Under the pieces are notes generated by a model. That model saw only the letters and a program-made list of their open reading frames with translations. It had not been told where the DNA came from and did not search any database. Below, in pieces: positions 10,010 through 20,092 of a DNA stretch of 64,000 nt. Source of the stretch: an uncultured delta proteobacterium (GTDB taxonomy: Bacteria > Desulfobacterota > BSN033 > UBA1163); NCBI GenBank assembly GCA_963827685.1, contig CAWHBU010000001.1, forward strand, positions 224,001 to 288,000. The letters are read 5' to 3'. A program made the translations under genes and the position numbers. The first letter of the stretch is position 1. Each line of letters begins with the position of its first letter.

Positions 10010-10079
10010 AGATCCTTCCTCTTTCTTGATTATTCAGGGTTCTTCACCCTGCGTGAACCCTATATATAAAGGAACCTTT

Positions 10080-10270
10080 GAATTTCAAATGACAAAGCTC
10101 AAAGGAGATGCCGAAATCCTTAGATCCTGAATTAAATTCAGGACCTGGTTCGGCATGACCAACGTGTCATTCTGAACTCGTTTCAGAATCCCGTTTTTGA
10201 AATTTGACATTCATTTGAACTTGATTCACCTTCGGTTCATCACTTCGTGCGAGCCCTGATATTTGACATT
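10080..10270. repeat. Nested REP-like palindromes inside a CAAAT/TTTGA periodic inverted repeat
   Basis: ATGCCGAA...TTCGGCAT, TCCTGAAT/ATTCAGGA and TTCTGAA/TTCAGAA hairpins. Confidence 0.6.
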
Positions 10271-10282
10271 GCTTTATTATGT

Positions 10283-10495
10283 CTACGCCTCGTAGGTCAA
10301 GACCCGGATTAAACCGGTTGTAGCACCCGTATTGTCCGTAGTCGTCGTATCGCTGATCGAGACGACCTTCTTCACTTTGTTTTCAGCGATGAAGTGATTT
10401 ACTTTTTCATCCAAGACCTCTAACTCTCTTATCGTTTGAAAGATTTTTAACTCGGTGGCAAAAGTTTTGACTTTCCAACTCTTTTTCTCTCCCAC
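10283..10495 (-). CDS. Hypothetical small protein
   Basis: 70-aa ORF with AAGGA RBS, co-oriented with neighbours. Confidence 0.65.
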   Translation of the reverse strand: MGEKKSWKVKTFATELKIFQTIRELEVLDEKVNHFIAENKVKKVVSISDTTTTDNTGATTGLIRVLTYEA

Positions 10496-10605
10496 TTTAG
10501 AGTCCTTTCTCCTTCCTCCTGCCTACAGCAAGTAGGCAATCAATGGGGGCACACCATTTTTAAAGAGTGTAGCATCCCGGTGAATGCCGGAACGGAACTT
10601 CTTGT

Positions 10606-10953
10606 TCAATCGTCACTGTGATGTTTAAGAGGACCCTCCTCAAAGGCTTGATGAACCCAATTCAATGCGGCGATCATTTTTGGAAATCCAATGGTGGTCA
10701 GCCCAAGCAGGACGGCATGTCGAATCTCATCTTGAGTGACCCCCATGGCTATGGCTCTTCGGGTATGAGATTTGATGGCCCCCTCTGATTCCGAACCAAT
10801 AGCGATCCCCAGCTTGATCAGCCTCCGCATCTTTTCGTCAAGGGGCCCAGAGGCATGACATTTCTTGGCGAGACGATCATACTCCTTTTCAATCTCTGGG
10901 AATTCTTTCCTCAGACGCTTGTAGGAAAATGGAAGAGAATCCTTCTTTGGCAT
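10606..10953 (-). CDS. Carboxymuconolactone decarboxylase (AhpD-like) family protein
   Basis: GPLDEK..RLIKLGIA..SH..A...G.T.DEI...IGFP. Confidence 0.88.
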   Translation of the reverse strand: MPKKDSLPFSYKRLRKEFPEIEKEYDRLAKKCHASGPLDEKMRRLIKLGIAIGSESEGAIKSHTRRAIAMGVTQDEIRHAVLLGLTTIGFPKMIAALNWVHQAFEEGPLKHHSDD

Positions 10954-10970
10954 TTTTCCCTCCTTTCTCC

Positions 10971-11915
10971 TTATTCAAACGTAATGGAATATTTATTGAC
11001 CAGGTGATGAGGGAAATAAGACTCCTTTGCCTTCCTCAAACCCTCCTCCCCTAAATCCTGTTCCCGATTGACATAGGCGTATCCTGACCATTGATGTTCC
11101 AAAAAGGCCTGATGGATCGTAGGATAGAGTCCCTCGTAAGCTGGGTTCGCCTTTTCAATGTGGATGACAACTGTTTCTGGATTGAGCGGATCTCCCAAAG
11201 TAAAGGCCTCCACTTTTCCATCGATCAGGATCACTCCCCCCTTCACTCCTAACGCTTCAAAATGGGTGAAGGCCTCTTTGACGGCAAGGGATTCGTTGAA
11301 CAGACCTGGGCTCGCCTCACAATGCCGGAGATCACACCACTCCGCCTCCAATTGAAGACATTGTGGAATCCATTCAGGAGTGAGGGGGATATATTGATAG
11401 GAATATTTTTCCTGAAATTGTTTGATATGATTCCTTTTGCGATGGTATTTTCTACCCTTCAATTCAATCAAATCCTGGGTGAGATAGACATAATCGCATT
11501 GATTTCGATCCAGTTCGGCCCTCATCCCTGATGTCTTCCAATCGATCTGTTCCGCCATCGCTTCAGGCATCCGAGCGATTTTTGGGATCGTCACTTTTCC
11601 TTCAAGATACTGAAGCAGACTCTGACAACATTCTACCATATCCCCCTTTCCAATGGGAGGAAAGAAAAATGAACTCTCTCCCTTCTCAGAAAGGAGACAT
11701 AGAAGATTCTGAAAACGACTGATTTTGATCTGATAGGCCTGTCGCCAGATGAAAAGGTTGGTAAAGGTAAATTCTGAGATCTGAGGAGGAAATTGGGTGA
11801 AGGCTTGATGAAAGAGAGGCTTGTTTTCGAGGGTTAAATCTCTAAATTGAGGAAACTCTGGCACATCGCGCCATAATTCATCCATATTGGGCAAGACTCC
11901 TTCTCTCCCTTTCAT
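10971..11915 (-). CDS. DUF2156 / phosphatidylglycerol lysyltransferase C-terminal-like (GNAT) protein
   Basis: SEFTFTNLFIW, DYVY...L.G.KY..KRNH, HIEKA, NREQDLG..GLRKAK.SY.P. Confidence 0.9.
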   Translation of the reverse strand: MKGREGVLPNMDELWRDVPEFPQFRDLTLENKPLFHQAFTQFPPQISEFTFTNLFIWRQAYQIKISRFQNLLCLLSEKGESSFFFPPIGKGDMVECCQSLLQYLEGKVTIPKIARMPEAMAEQIDWKTSGMRAELDRNQCDYVYLTQDLIELKGRKYHRKRNHIKQFQEKYSYQYIPLTPEWIPQCLQLEAEWCDLRHCEASPGLFNESLAVKEAFTHFEALGVKGGVILIDGKVEAFTLGDPLNPETVVIHIEKANPAYEGLYPTIHQAFLEHQWSGYAYVNREQDLGEEGLRKAKESYFPHHLVNKYSITFE

Positions 11916-11918
11916 CTC

Positions 11919-12275
11919 TCATCGGGTCAAATGGTCGACCATCGTGCAGACTTCCTGGAGGTTAAAGGGTTTATAAATAAAACCATAAACGCCTGCATCG
12001 ATAGCCTCTTTGAGGAAGGGGTCCCCCCTTTCTGAGACGATCAGAAGGATTCTTGGCTGGTGGAACTTCTGAATCTCGAGCAGTAGCCCTTTTTCCTTAA
12101 CTCCAGGGCTATCTAAATTTAAGATGAGGATACTGAAATGAACTTCAGAAAGGTAAGGTTTGATCTGATAACCGCTATCTAATGTGGTAACCTGGTGCCC
12201 TTCTCTCTCCAAGCATTCTCTTAAATAACCTCGACTGGCTAGATCATGGTCGACAATACAAATCTTAATCGCCAT
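11919..12275 (-). CDS. Single-domain response regulator with atypical receiver (Asn at the phosphoacceptor position)
   Basis: REC pattern IVDHD ... ILILNL ... KPF. Confidence 0.8.
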   Translation of the reverse strand: MAIKICIVDHDLASRGYLRECLEREGHQVTTLDSGYQIKPYLSEVHFSILILNLDSPGVKEKGLLLEIQKFHQPRILLIVSERGDPFLKEAIDAGVYGFIYKPFNLQEVCTMVDHLTR

Positions 12276-12328
12276 TGATTATCCCCTTCCAAATGGAGTT
12301 CGCTGAATTAGCCTTAGGGAAGGGAATA

Positions 12329-12472
12329 CTAACGTTTCTGCTCGAGTCGATTCTCCAAGATCACCTTATCCACGATCTCGCCACAGAAAATGCATCGCCA
12401 TCCGAAAAACTCTTCACATATTCCATAGAATTTCTCGAATACCATTGTTCCGCCGCACCGATAACACTTCAT
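12329..12472 (-). CDS. 47-aa zinc-ribbon protein (not in the ORF track)
   Basis: Manual translation MKCYRCGGTMVFEKFYGICEEFFGWRCIFCGEIVDKVILENRLEQKR; two CxxC; GGGGG RBS. Confidence 0.8.
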   Translation of the reverse strand: MKCYRCGGTMVFEKFYGICEEFFGWRCIFCGEIVDKVILENRLEQKR

Positions 12473-12507
12473 TATGGACCCCCATTTGTTGGTTTGCCTG
12501 ATTTATC

Positions 12508-12523
12508 AGCAATTTTTATACCA
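12508..12523 (-). promoter_or_regulatory. Sigma54 (-24/-12) promoter
   Basis: TGGTAT-AAAAA-TTGCT on the minus strand upstream of the Zn-ribbon ORF; AT-rich upstream region; adjacent enhancer-binding-protein gene. Confidence 0.7.
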
Positions 12524-12712
12524 AAAGACAGATTTACCCAGAAAATTGATAAGTTAACGATTTTAAAGAAATGGAGGATTGCGAAGAAATATTGTTTTGG
12601 GATAAAATTTGTATAATTTTAAACAACAGATTTTAGTATTCGACCGTTATTATTAAAAAATATTTATATTTTTAATGGGTTACAGATATGTTTATTTTTA
12701 AACACTTTTGTA

Positions 12713-14125
12713 TCAATTTTGTTCTTTTTCCAACCCATAACGTTTCATCTTTCCATAGAGGGTAGAACGATTAATGTTCAGTCTTTTTGCTGCCTTATGT
12801 TTATTCCAATTGGTTTCTTGTAGAGTTCTTAAGATTAGGTTCTTTTCGTAATCTTGAAGGGTTGTGAATTCTTGAGCGGGCAAAGGTCTTTGGGAAAGGA
12901 TTTGCGGGAGATCTTTTGGTAATATCTTATCCTGTTTGGCGATGATGATCGCGTGGTCAATGACATTCTCTAATTCACGGACATTTCCAGGCCAGGAGTG
13001 GGCAAGGAGTATTTCCATGACTTCAGGAGAAAAACTGATCACCTCTTTTTTCCTTTCTTGGCTGAATCTTTGTAAGAAATGAGAGGCCAAAAGGGGGATA
13101 TCATCTTTTCTCTCACGAAGAGGGGGAACGAAAATAGGAATGACATTGAGCCGATAATAAAGGTCTTCTCTGAAGGTTCCCTTCTTCATCTCTTCGGTCA
13201 GATTTTTGTTCGTCGCAGCGATCACCCTGACGTCCACCTCCAGGGTCTCCTCTCCGCCGACCCTCTCAAAACGGTGATCTTGCAAGACCCGGAGGAGCAG
13301 GATCTGCGTGGGAGGAGAAACCTCACCAATCTCATCGAGAAAGATCGTTCCTCCATTAGCCATTTCAAAACGGCCAATCTTTCGCCGGATGGCCCCGGTG
13401 AAAGACCCTTTTTCATGACCGAAGAGTTCGCTTTCCAGAAGGTTCTGAGAATAGGCCGAACAATTGGCGACAACAAAGGGTTTGTTTTTCCGGTGGCTGT
13501 TGAAATGGATCGCCCTGGCGATCAACTCCTTTCCGGTGCCGCTTTCACCCTGAATGAGGACGGTGGAATCCGTGTTTGCAATGTCCGAGATCAATTCAAA
13601 GATCTCTTGGATCCGGGTATTGTTCCCGAGGATGTTTCCGAAACTGTATCGTTTCTCCAACGCCTGGGTGAGGAGAATATTCTTATCCTTCTCCCTTTTC
13701 AGTTCGTCATGGAGATCTTTAATCCGAAGCATCACCCTCACCTTGGCAAGCAATTCTTCATTAATAAATGGCTTAGTGAGGTAGTCGTCCGCTCCCAGAT
13801 CGAGGCTGTTGATCTTATCTTGAAGACTTGATCGAACGGTGAGAATGATGACCGGGATGAATTTTAATTTTTCATTCTCCTTGATCTTGAGACAGATATC
13901 CCTTCCATCTGTATCGCCCAGCAGGATATCGAGGAGGATCAGATCGACAGGCGTTTCCGATTCTGGAACCTTTTGGCTTTCGGCCTCTAAGATTCTCATC
14001 GCCTCATCCCCGGAGAGGGCGGGGAGGACTCGATATCCCTCCAACTCCAGGAGCGCGGTGATCATCTCCACGGTATCCTTCTCATCATCGACAACCAGTA
14101 TTTTTTTTGTCTCTCTATCTTTCAT
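12713..14125 (-). CDS. Sigma54-dependent response regulator (NtrC family)
   Basis: REC domain, GESGTGKE, ESELFGHEKGSFTGA, FLDEIGE, WPGNVREL, Fis HTH. Confidence 0.95.
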   Translation of the reverse strand: MKDRETKKILVVDDEKDTVEMITALLELEGYRVLPALSGDEAMRILEAESQKVPESETPVDLILLDILLGDTDGRDICLKIKENEKLKFIPVIILTVRSSLQDKINSLDLGADDYLTKPFINEELLAKVRVMLRIKDLHDELKREKDKNILLTQALEKRYSFGNILGNNTRIQEIFELISDIANTDSTVLIQGESGTGKELIARAIHFNSHRKNKPFVVANCSAYSQNLLESELFGHEKGSFTGAIRRKIGRFEMANGGTIFLDEIGEVSPPTQILLLRVLQDHRFERVGGEETLEVDVRVIAATNKNLTEEMKKGTFREDLYYRLNVIPIFVPPLRERKDDIPLLASHFLQRFSQERKKEVISFSPEVMEILLAHSWPGNVRELENVIDHAIIIAKQDKILPKDLPQILSQRPLPAQEFTTLQDYEKNLILRTLQETNWNKHKAAKRLNINRSTLYGKMKRYGLEKEQN

Positions 14126-14287
14126 CCCTATTCCTAATATCCCAATAGTACCGTCACGTTAACCCAAGACAATATCGCTGAAAGATTATTGAATGTCAAT
14201 TGGTATTTGGACTCTACGCGCCCCTTTTCGGAAAATTGACAAAAGATTCGTAAAATATTAAATATTGTTATTAAACTGGAGGCACGA

Positions 14288-14551
14288 ATGGAATATCGGT
14301 TTTTCGAGGCTCATCGCGGTACGCGGATGAGAACATCTTTTCGATCTCTCCACATTGGAATCTTAGGGTTGTTGTTTTTAACGTTCTTTTCTTCAGCTTG
14401 TTCCAATGATAAATCCAAGCTCGTCCCCACCGCCATACCGGTTACCGTAGACACAGCGATCCAGAAAACAGTTCCTGTGCAGCTTCGCGCCATTGGAATT
14501 AGTAGAGGCATGTTGGGACGGAATAAAGAGATAAGGGACAAATCTCTGTAA
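14288..14551 (+). pseudogene. 5' remnant of an MdtA-like membrane fusion protein
   Basis: Lipoprotein signal (SAC), then IPVTVDTA.QK.VPVQLRAIG; homology continues frameshifted (VEA) and ends near 14512. Confidence 0.7.
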
Positions 14552-14681
14552 TTTTTTTCTAACAAGACAAGCATGAATGTTCGTTGCCATTTATTGGCCT
14601 GTTCCACTGTGGATGATAAGAACCTTACAACCAGGAAAACATGAAATGTAGATATTTCAATTAAAATCGTAGAGGTGTCCT

Positions 14682-15887
14682 ATGCAAAAGGATTGCAGGG
14701 TCAGGCTGATTGTCACTGTCTTAGTTCTCGGAGGCCTCATACCGGTCGGCTGTAAACAGAAGCAGCCGCCCCCATCGGTCATTCCGGAGGTTGCCATTGT
14801 GACAGCCCAGTTACAGCAGGTCGTGCTAACCACCGAATTGCCGGGTCGCACAAGCGCCTACCTGGTAGCAGAAATTCGTCCGCAGGTGAACGGTATCATT
14901 CAAAAGAGGCTGTTTGAGGAAGGTTCTGATGTCAGGGCCGGAAAAGTACTCTATGAAATTGATCCGGCGCCGTATCAGGCGGCCTACGACAACGCCGTCG
15001 CCGCGCTTGCGAAGAGTGAAGCCAATCTCCCACCCGTCCGATTGAAAGCCGAGCGTTACAAGGAGTTGATTGCCAAAAAGGCGATCAGCCAGCAGGATTT
15101 CGATAATGCGGAAGCTGCCCTCAAGCAGGCCGAGGCCGATATCGAGTATTCGAAGGCCGCTGTTGAATCGGCCCGTATCAATTTGGCATACACGCGCATT
15201 ACGGCGCCGATCACGGGCCGTATCGGGAAATCCATTGTCACCGTGGGCGCCCTCGTGACCGCTGGAGGACCGACTCAGCAACCCACGGCTTTGACTACTA
15301 TTCAACAACTGGATCCCATTTACGTCGATGTGACCCAATCCACCAACGAACTGTTACGTTTGCGACGCCGAGTGGAGGAAGGCCGCCTCCATAATAACGG
15401 AAAAGACCGGAGTAAGGTCCGACTCATCCTGGATGATGGCACCACGTATCCCTTGGAAGGAACGCTTAAGTTCCGCGACGTCACCGTGGACTCGACAACC
15501 GGCTCGGTCACTCTGCGGGTGATCGTTCCCAATCCAAAGAGCCTCCTCCTGCCAGGCATGTTCCTGCGCGCCGTGGTGCAAGAGGGTATCAATAACGAGG
15601 GCATCCTGATTCCCCAGCAGGCTGTGTCGCGGGATCCGATGGGGAATCCCGTTACGCTCATCGTAGACAGCGAGGGGAAGGTCGCCCAGCGGACACTTAC
15701 CCTCGATCGAGCCATCGGCGACCGATGGCTCGTAACCTCAGGGCTTGCACCGGGCGAGCGCGTCATCGTCGAGGGTGTTCAAAAAGTGCGGCCCGGGACT
15801 AGCGTAAAGGTTGTCCCATTTCAGGCGGGCGGAGCAAGCAGTGCGGCGCCTAAAAAGACGGCTGAGCCGGCCCCAAAATCGAAGTAA
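14682..15887 (+). CDS. acrA: RND periplasmic adaptor (AcrA/MexA family)
   Basis: Lipobox VGC, TELPGRT..AEIRPQV.GII, APITGRIG, DPIYVDVTQS. Confidence 0.92.
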   Translation: MQKDCRVRLIVTVLVLGGLIPVGCKQKQPPPSVIPEVAIVTAQLQQVVLTTELPGRTSAYLVAEIRPQVNGIIQKRLFEEGSDVRAGKVLYEIDPAPYQAAYDNAVAALAKSEANLPPVRLKAERYKELIAKKAISQQDFDNAEAALKQAEADIEYSKAAVESARINLAYTRITAPITGRIGKSIVTVGALVTAGGPTQQPTALTTIQQLDPIYVDVTQSTNELLRLRRRVEEGRLHNNGKDRSKVRLILDDGTTYPLEGTLKFRDVTVDSTTGSVTLRVIVPNPKSLLLPGMFLRAVVQEGINNEGILIPQQAVSRDPMGNPVTLIVDSEGKVAQRTLTLDRAIGDRWLVTSGLAPGERVIVEGVQKVRPGTSVKVVPFQAGGASSAAPKKTAEPAPKSK

Positions 15888-15899
15888 CGGAGGCGTGTA

Positions 15900-18800
15900 A
15901 TGTTATCAAGATTTTTCCTGGACCGTCCAGTCTTCGCCTGGGTCATTGCCATTATCCTGATGGTAATGGGTGGCCTGGCGATCTACAAGTTGCCCATTGC
16001 GCAGTATCCCTCGATCGCCCCGCCTTCGATAAGGATCGGCTGCCTTTATCAAGGGGCCTCGGCGGAGACAGTGGTAAACAGTGTGACGCAAATTATCGAG
16101 CAGCAGATGACCGGCCTGGACAAAATGCTTTACATGTCCAGCAGCAGCGATTCGTCTGGCATCTCCAGCGTTGAGTTGACCTTCGCCCCGGGAACCGATC
16201 CGGACCTCGCCTGGGCCAAGGTGCAGAACAAGCTCCAGCTTGCAATGGCAGGACTGCCAGATGAAGTGCAGCGCCGGGGCATCTCGGTCCGCAAATCCAC
16301 CAGGAACTACCTGATGATGGTGGGCTTGATTTCCGAAGACGGCAGCATGACGGATATTGACTTGGCTGACTATCTTATGACCACCGTGCAGCAGGTGCTG
16401 GCGCGGGTGCCGGGCGTTGGGGAGGTGGAAGGATTCCGTGGCGAGTATGCCATGCGTATCTGGCTCAACCCTGACAAGTTGACCAGTTACGGCCTGACAG
16501 TGGACGATGTGACCCAGGCGATTCAAGGTTACAACGTGGAGGTCTCCGGCGGCCAGTTCGGCGGGGCGCCGGCGGTCGAAGGCCAGCGTCTCAACGCCTC
16601 CATTATCGTCCATAATCTGCTTAAGACCCCCGAAGAGTTTGCCGACATCCCCGTCCACATGAATCCCGACGGCTCCATCGTACGGATCAAAGATGTAGGG
16701 CGAGCGGAGCTTGGGACCGATCTTCCCGATACCATTAATAACTTCAACGGAATGCTGGCGGCTGGGCTCGCCATCCGGCAGGAGCCCGGCGCCAATGCGT
16801 TGGAGACCGCCAACCGGATCCGGGCCAAGATGAAGGAGTTAAGCCGGTACTTCCCTCATGGCATGAAGGTCGTTTATCCCTTCGACACCACTCCTTTCAC
16901 CGTGGTGGCCATTGAAGAGGTGTTCAAAACCCTGCTCGAAGCGATCCTGTTGGTATTTCTGGTCATGTACCTTTTCATGGGAAACATACGGGCCACCTTC
17001 ATTCCGACAATCGCAGTACCAGTGGTCCTTCTCGGCACCTTTGCGGTGCTGGGACTGTTAGGGTTCTCCATCAATATGCTGACCATGTTCGGCATGGTGC
17101 TGGCCATCGGCCTGCTGGTGGATGACGCCATCGTGGTGGTGGAAAACGTCGAACGTATCATGAGCGAGGAAGGACTCCCGCCCAAAGAAGCTACCGCCAA
17201 GTCCATGGACCAGATCACCCCCGCCCTGATCGGCATCGGGTTGGTACTGTCGGCAGTCTTTGGACCGATGGCGGTCTTCACCGGGTCCACAGGGGTCATC
17301 TACCGTCAGTTTTCCGTAACCGTCATCTCCTCCATGCTCCTTTCGGTGTTGGTGGCCTTGATCCTGACGCCGGTCCTCTGCGCGCAGTTCCTCAAGCCGG
17401 TTCCGAAGGGGCATGAAGCAGCGGAGGGCGGCATATCTTTGCTTCGCCCGTTTTTCAGATGGTTTGATCGCGTTTTTTTTCGAGTCCGAGACCTGTACGT
17501 GAGACTGGTCGGTCACTCGTTAAACAAGAACTTACGCTATGTGTTTCTCTACGTGGTCATCGTGGCGGCGATGGGATTCCTGTTTCTTCAGTTGCGTACG
17601 AGTTATCTCCCGGATGAAGACCAGGGGATATTGCTCTGCCAGGTTACGCTTCCGGCGGGTTCCACGCTGGAACAGACCGAGGCGGTCATGGGGAAGGTCA
17701 GGGACCAGTTCCTAAACAAGGAAAAAGATGCGGTGGAATCCATTATGACGATTTCCGGTCAGAACCAGACCGGCCGTGGCCAGAACATCGGTATGGCCTA
17801 TGTCAGGCTCAACGACTGGAAACTGCGCGCGCGGTCGGAACTGAAGGCTACCGCCGTGGCCAACAGGACCATGGAGGCATTTTCACAGATCCGCGACGCC
17901 ACGGTATTCGTCTTCCCGCCGCCGGCGGTCACCGAACTGGGCAATGCCAAGGGAATTGATTTTCAATTGCAGGACCGCGGCGGTTTGGGTCATGCCGGTC
18001 TGATGGCGGCCCGCAACCAACTCCTCGACATGGCAGCCAAGGACCCAAGGTTGGCCCGGGTGCGGCCTAACGGCCTGGATGATGTTCCAGAATACCGGAT
18101 CACCGTAGATAAGGAGAAAGCGGGCGCCCTGGGAGTTCCGATCACTGCCATTCACGACACCATTTCGACGGCCTTTGGCAGCTTCTATGTCAACAACTTT
18201 CTCAAGGACGGACGGATTAAGCACGTGGACCTTCAGGCCGATGCTCCCTACCGCATGCTGCCCGGGGACCTGGAAAAACTTTACGTGCGTAACACGCAGG
18301 GCAAGATGGTCTCCTATTCCACTTTTGCATCGGGCCGGTGGACCTTCGGTTCTCCCAAGCTGGAGCGCTACAATGCCTTTCCGTCCATCAACATCTGGGG
18401 CGAGGCAGCACCGGGCAGGAGTTCCGGTGAGGCAATGCAAGCCATGGAGGAATTCGCCTCGAAGTTGCCCAAGGAGATCGGTTATGACTGGACGGGGATT
18501 TCCTACCAAGAGCGAGAATCCCGTGCCCAGACCGCCCCGCTCTACGCCTTTTCCATTCTGATTATTTTTCTGTGCGTAGCGGCCCTGTACGAGAGCTGGA
18601 CGATCCCTTTTGTCAACCTGCTGATGTTGCCGCTGGGGGTCTTTGGCGCGACGGCGGCGACATGGTTGCTCGGTATGCCGAACAACGTTTACTTTCAGAT
18701 CGGATTTCTCACCACCCTGGGATTGTCCACTAAAAACGCCATCCTGATCATTCAGTTCGCACAGCATCGCATGGAACACGGAGAGAAGCTGGTCGAGGCG

Positions 18801-19064
18801 ACCCTGGGAGCGGTGAGAACCAGGTTCCGGCCGGTGATCATGACCTCGATGGCGTTCTTCTTCGGCGTGTTGCCGCTTGCCATATCCAGAGGCGCCGGAG
18901 CGGGAGCCCAGAATGCCATCGGGACGGCGGTTGTCGGCGGGATGCTTTCGGCCACGTTCATTGACCTCATTTTCATCCCGCTTTTCTTTGTCCTTGTATC
19001 CCAGAAATTCAGAGGAAAGAGGGCGAATCAAACAACTGAGCCTCGCCCGGGTTCCATCCTCTGA
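15900..19064 (+). CDS. acrB: RND efflux permease (AcrB/MexB, HAE1)
   Basis: [42 protein letters not shown]. Confidence 0.93.
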   Translation: MLSRFFLDRPVFAWVIAIILMVMGGLAIYKLPIAQYPSIAPPSIRIGCLYQGASAETVVNSVTQIIEQQMTGLDKMLYMSSSSDSSGISSVELTFAPGTDPDLAWAKVQNKLQLAMAGLPDEVQRRGISVRKSTRNYLMMVGLISEDGSMTDIDLADYLMTTVQQVLARVPGVGEVEGFRGEYAMRIWLNPDKLTSYGLTVDDVTQAIQGYNVEVSGGQFGGAPAVEGQRLNASIIVHNLLKTPEEFADIPVHMNPDGSIVRIKDVGRAELGTDLPDTINNFNGMLAAGLAIRQEPGANALETANRIRAKMKELSRYFPHGMKVVYPFDTTPFTVVAIEEVFKTLLEAILLVFLVMYLFMGNIRATFIPTIAVPVVLLGTFAVLGLLGFSINMLTMFGMVLAIGLLVDDAIVVVENVERIMSEEGLPPKEATAKSMDQITPALIGIGLVLSAVFGPMAVFTGSTGVIYRQFSVTVISSMLLSVLVALILTPVLCAQFLKPVPKGHEAAEGGISLLRPFFRWFDRVFFRVRDLYVRLVGHSLNKNLRYVFLYVVIVAAMGFLFLQLRTSYLPDEDQGILLCQVTLPAGSTLEQTEAVMGKVRDQFLNKEKDAVESIMTISGQNQTGRGQNIGMAYVRLNDWKLRARSELKATAVANRTMEAFSQIRDATVFVFPPPAVTELGNAKGIDFQLQDRGGLGHAGLMAARNQLLDMAAKDPRLARVRPNGLDDVPEYRITVDKEKAGALGVPITAIHDTISTAFGSFYVNNFLKDGRIKHVDLQADAPYRMLPGDLEKLYVRNTQGKMVSYSTFASGRWTFGSPKLERYNAFPSINIWGEAAPGRSSGEAMQAMEEFASKLPKEIGYDWTGISYQERESRAQTAPLYAFSILIIFLCVAALYESWTIPFVNLLMLPLGVFGATAATWLLGMPNNVYFQIGFLTTLGLSTKNAILIIQFAQHRMEHGEKLVEATLGAVRTRFRPVIMTSMAFFFGVLPLAISRGAGAGAQNAIGTAVVGGMLSATFIDLIFIPLFFVLVSQKFRGKRANQTTEPRPGSIL

Positions 19065-19495
19065 CCATTCTCTCAGGGCTTCCGTCGGCCGGATTCGGGG
19101 CTTTAGTAACGCTGCTCATTTTTGAAACCGACTTGAACATCTACTCGATGGTAGGCATTGTCATGTTGATCGGGATTGTTAAAAAAAATGCCATTATGAT
19201 GATCGACTTCGCTTTGGACGCGCAGAGAAATCAAGGGAGAAGCCCTGCTGATGCGATTTATGAGGGTTGCCTCATCCGATTTCGTCCCATTATGATGACC
19301 ACCATGGCAGCCATCATGGGCACGCTGCCCATTGCTCTCGGCTTTGGTGCGGGTGCGGAAGCACGTCGCCCCCTTGGACTTGCTGTAGTCGGTGGTTTAG
19401 TCTTTTCCCAGCTCATCACCCTCTATATCACTCCTGTCGTTTACATTTACTTGGAGGCAGCCCGGGATAAGGTGAAGCGCTGGAGACGCAAATAA
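19055..19495 (+). pseudogene. 3' remnant of an MdtB/MdtC-like RND permease
   Basis: In-frame [17 protein letters not shown]...[14 protein letters not shown]...RFRPIMMTT from 19055; no start codon; overlaps the acrB stop. Confidence 0.85.
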
Positions 19496-19560
19496 AGTTC
19501 GGAGTGGTTAGTTCGGAGTTCGTAGTTTTTTACTCCGAACTCCGAACTACGAACTGAGTT
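19495..19560. repeat. Heptamer-periodic hairpin (AGTTCGG)n/(CCGAACT)n
   Basis: gttcggagttcgtag ... actccgaactccgaactacgaact; may act as a terminator. Confidence 0.75.
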
Positions 19561-19562
19561 AA

Positions 19563-19736
19563 GATGGAGAGCTGCAAACCTAGCCCAAGGTTCAGAAGAG
19601 GAAGAGTGCTCACCCCGGCTCAGTTCGGTGTGCCGATGCAAGAACCCTGACCTGAAAGGAGATCTCTGCAACTCCAGGAGGGTTTTGGGCTTTTTTAGCA
19701 AAGAAGACAGCGGCCCGACTTCCACTATTTAGATGT
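19563..19736. mobile_element. Possible orphan IS110-family noncoding end (bridge-RNA-like), no transposase
   Basis: Closing stem AGCCCAAGG/TTTTGGGCT and terminal TAGATG; family resemblance is from memory only. Confidence 0.35.
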
Positions 19737-20092
19737 TAAGAGTTGAATCATTAGAAATCGGAAATCCTCCCCGCCGCAGAGAATATCGGGACATCTAAGC
19801 GAATCTCCGAAAACTGGTGAGAGTCCAGATTTATCCTTCTTTTCAGCTGAAATTCAACAACGCTGAATGGAGGTTACTCCCCGCACTTAGGCCGAAAATG
19901 AGTGGAAGTCGGCGTTTAAATACAGTCCTTTCCTTCACAAAATACCGTATTCCCCTTATTCAATTTTCAACTTATTCAAAATAAAATGACAACACGATCG
20001 TGCTACTTGGTTAAGTACTGCGGTCGTTTGTGAATTCTGCCGACCACCTCAATAAGGAGAGTAGAAAACAGGGAAGCGTGGAGAATTCAGTC

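Noticed and set aside
12275-12616. 113-aa plus-strand ORF
   Set aside because: It is antisense to the better supported Zn-ribbon microprotein and its sigma54 promoter.
24-14125. Selenocysteine readthrough in the redox genes
   Set aside because: No in-frame TGA at a Cys-equivalent position was seen; the one broken gene is explained by a frameshift.
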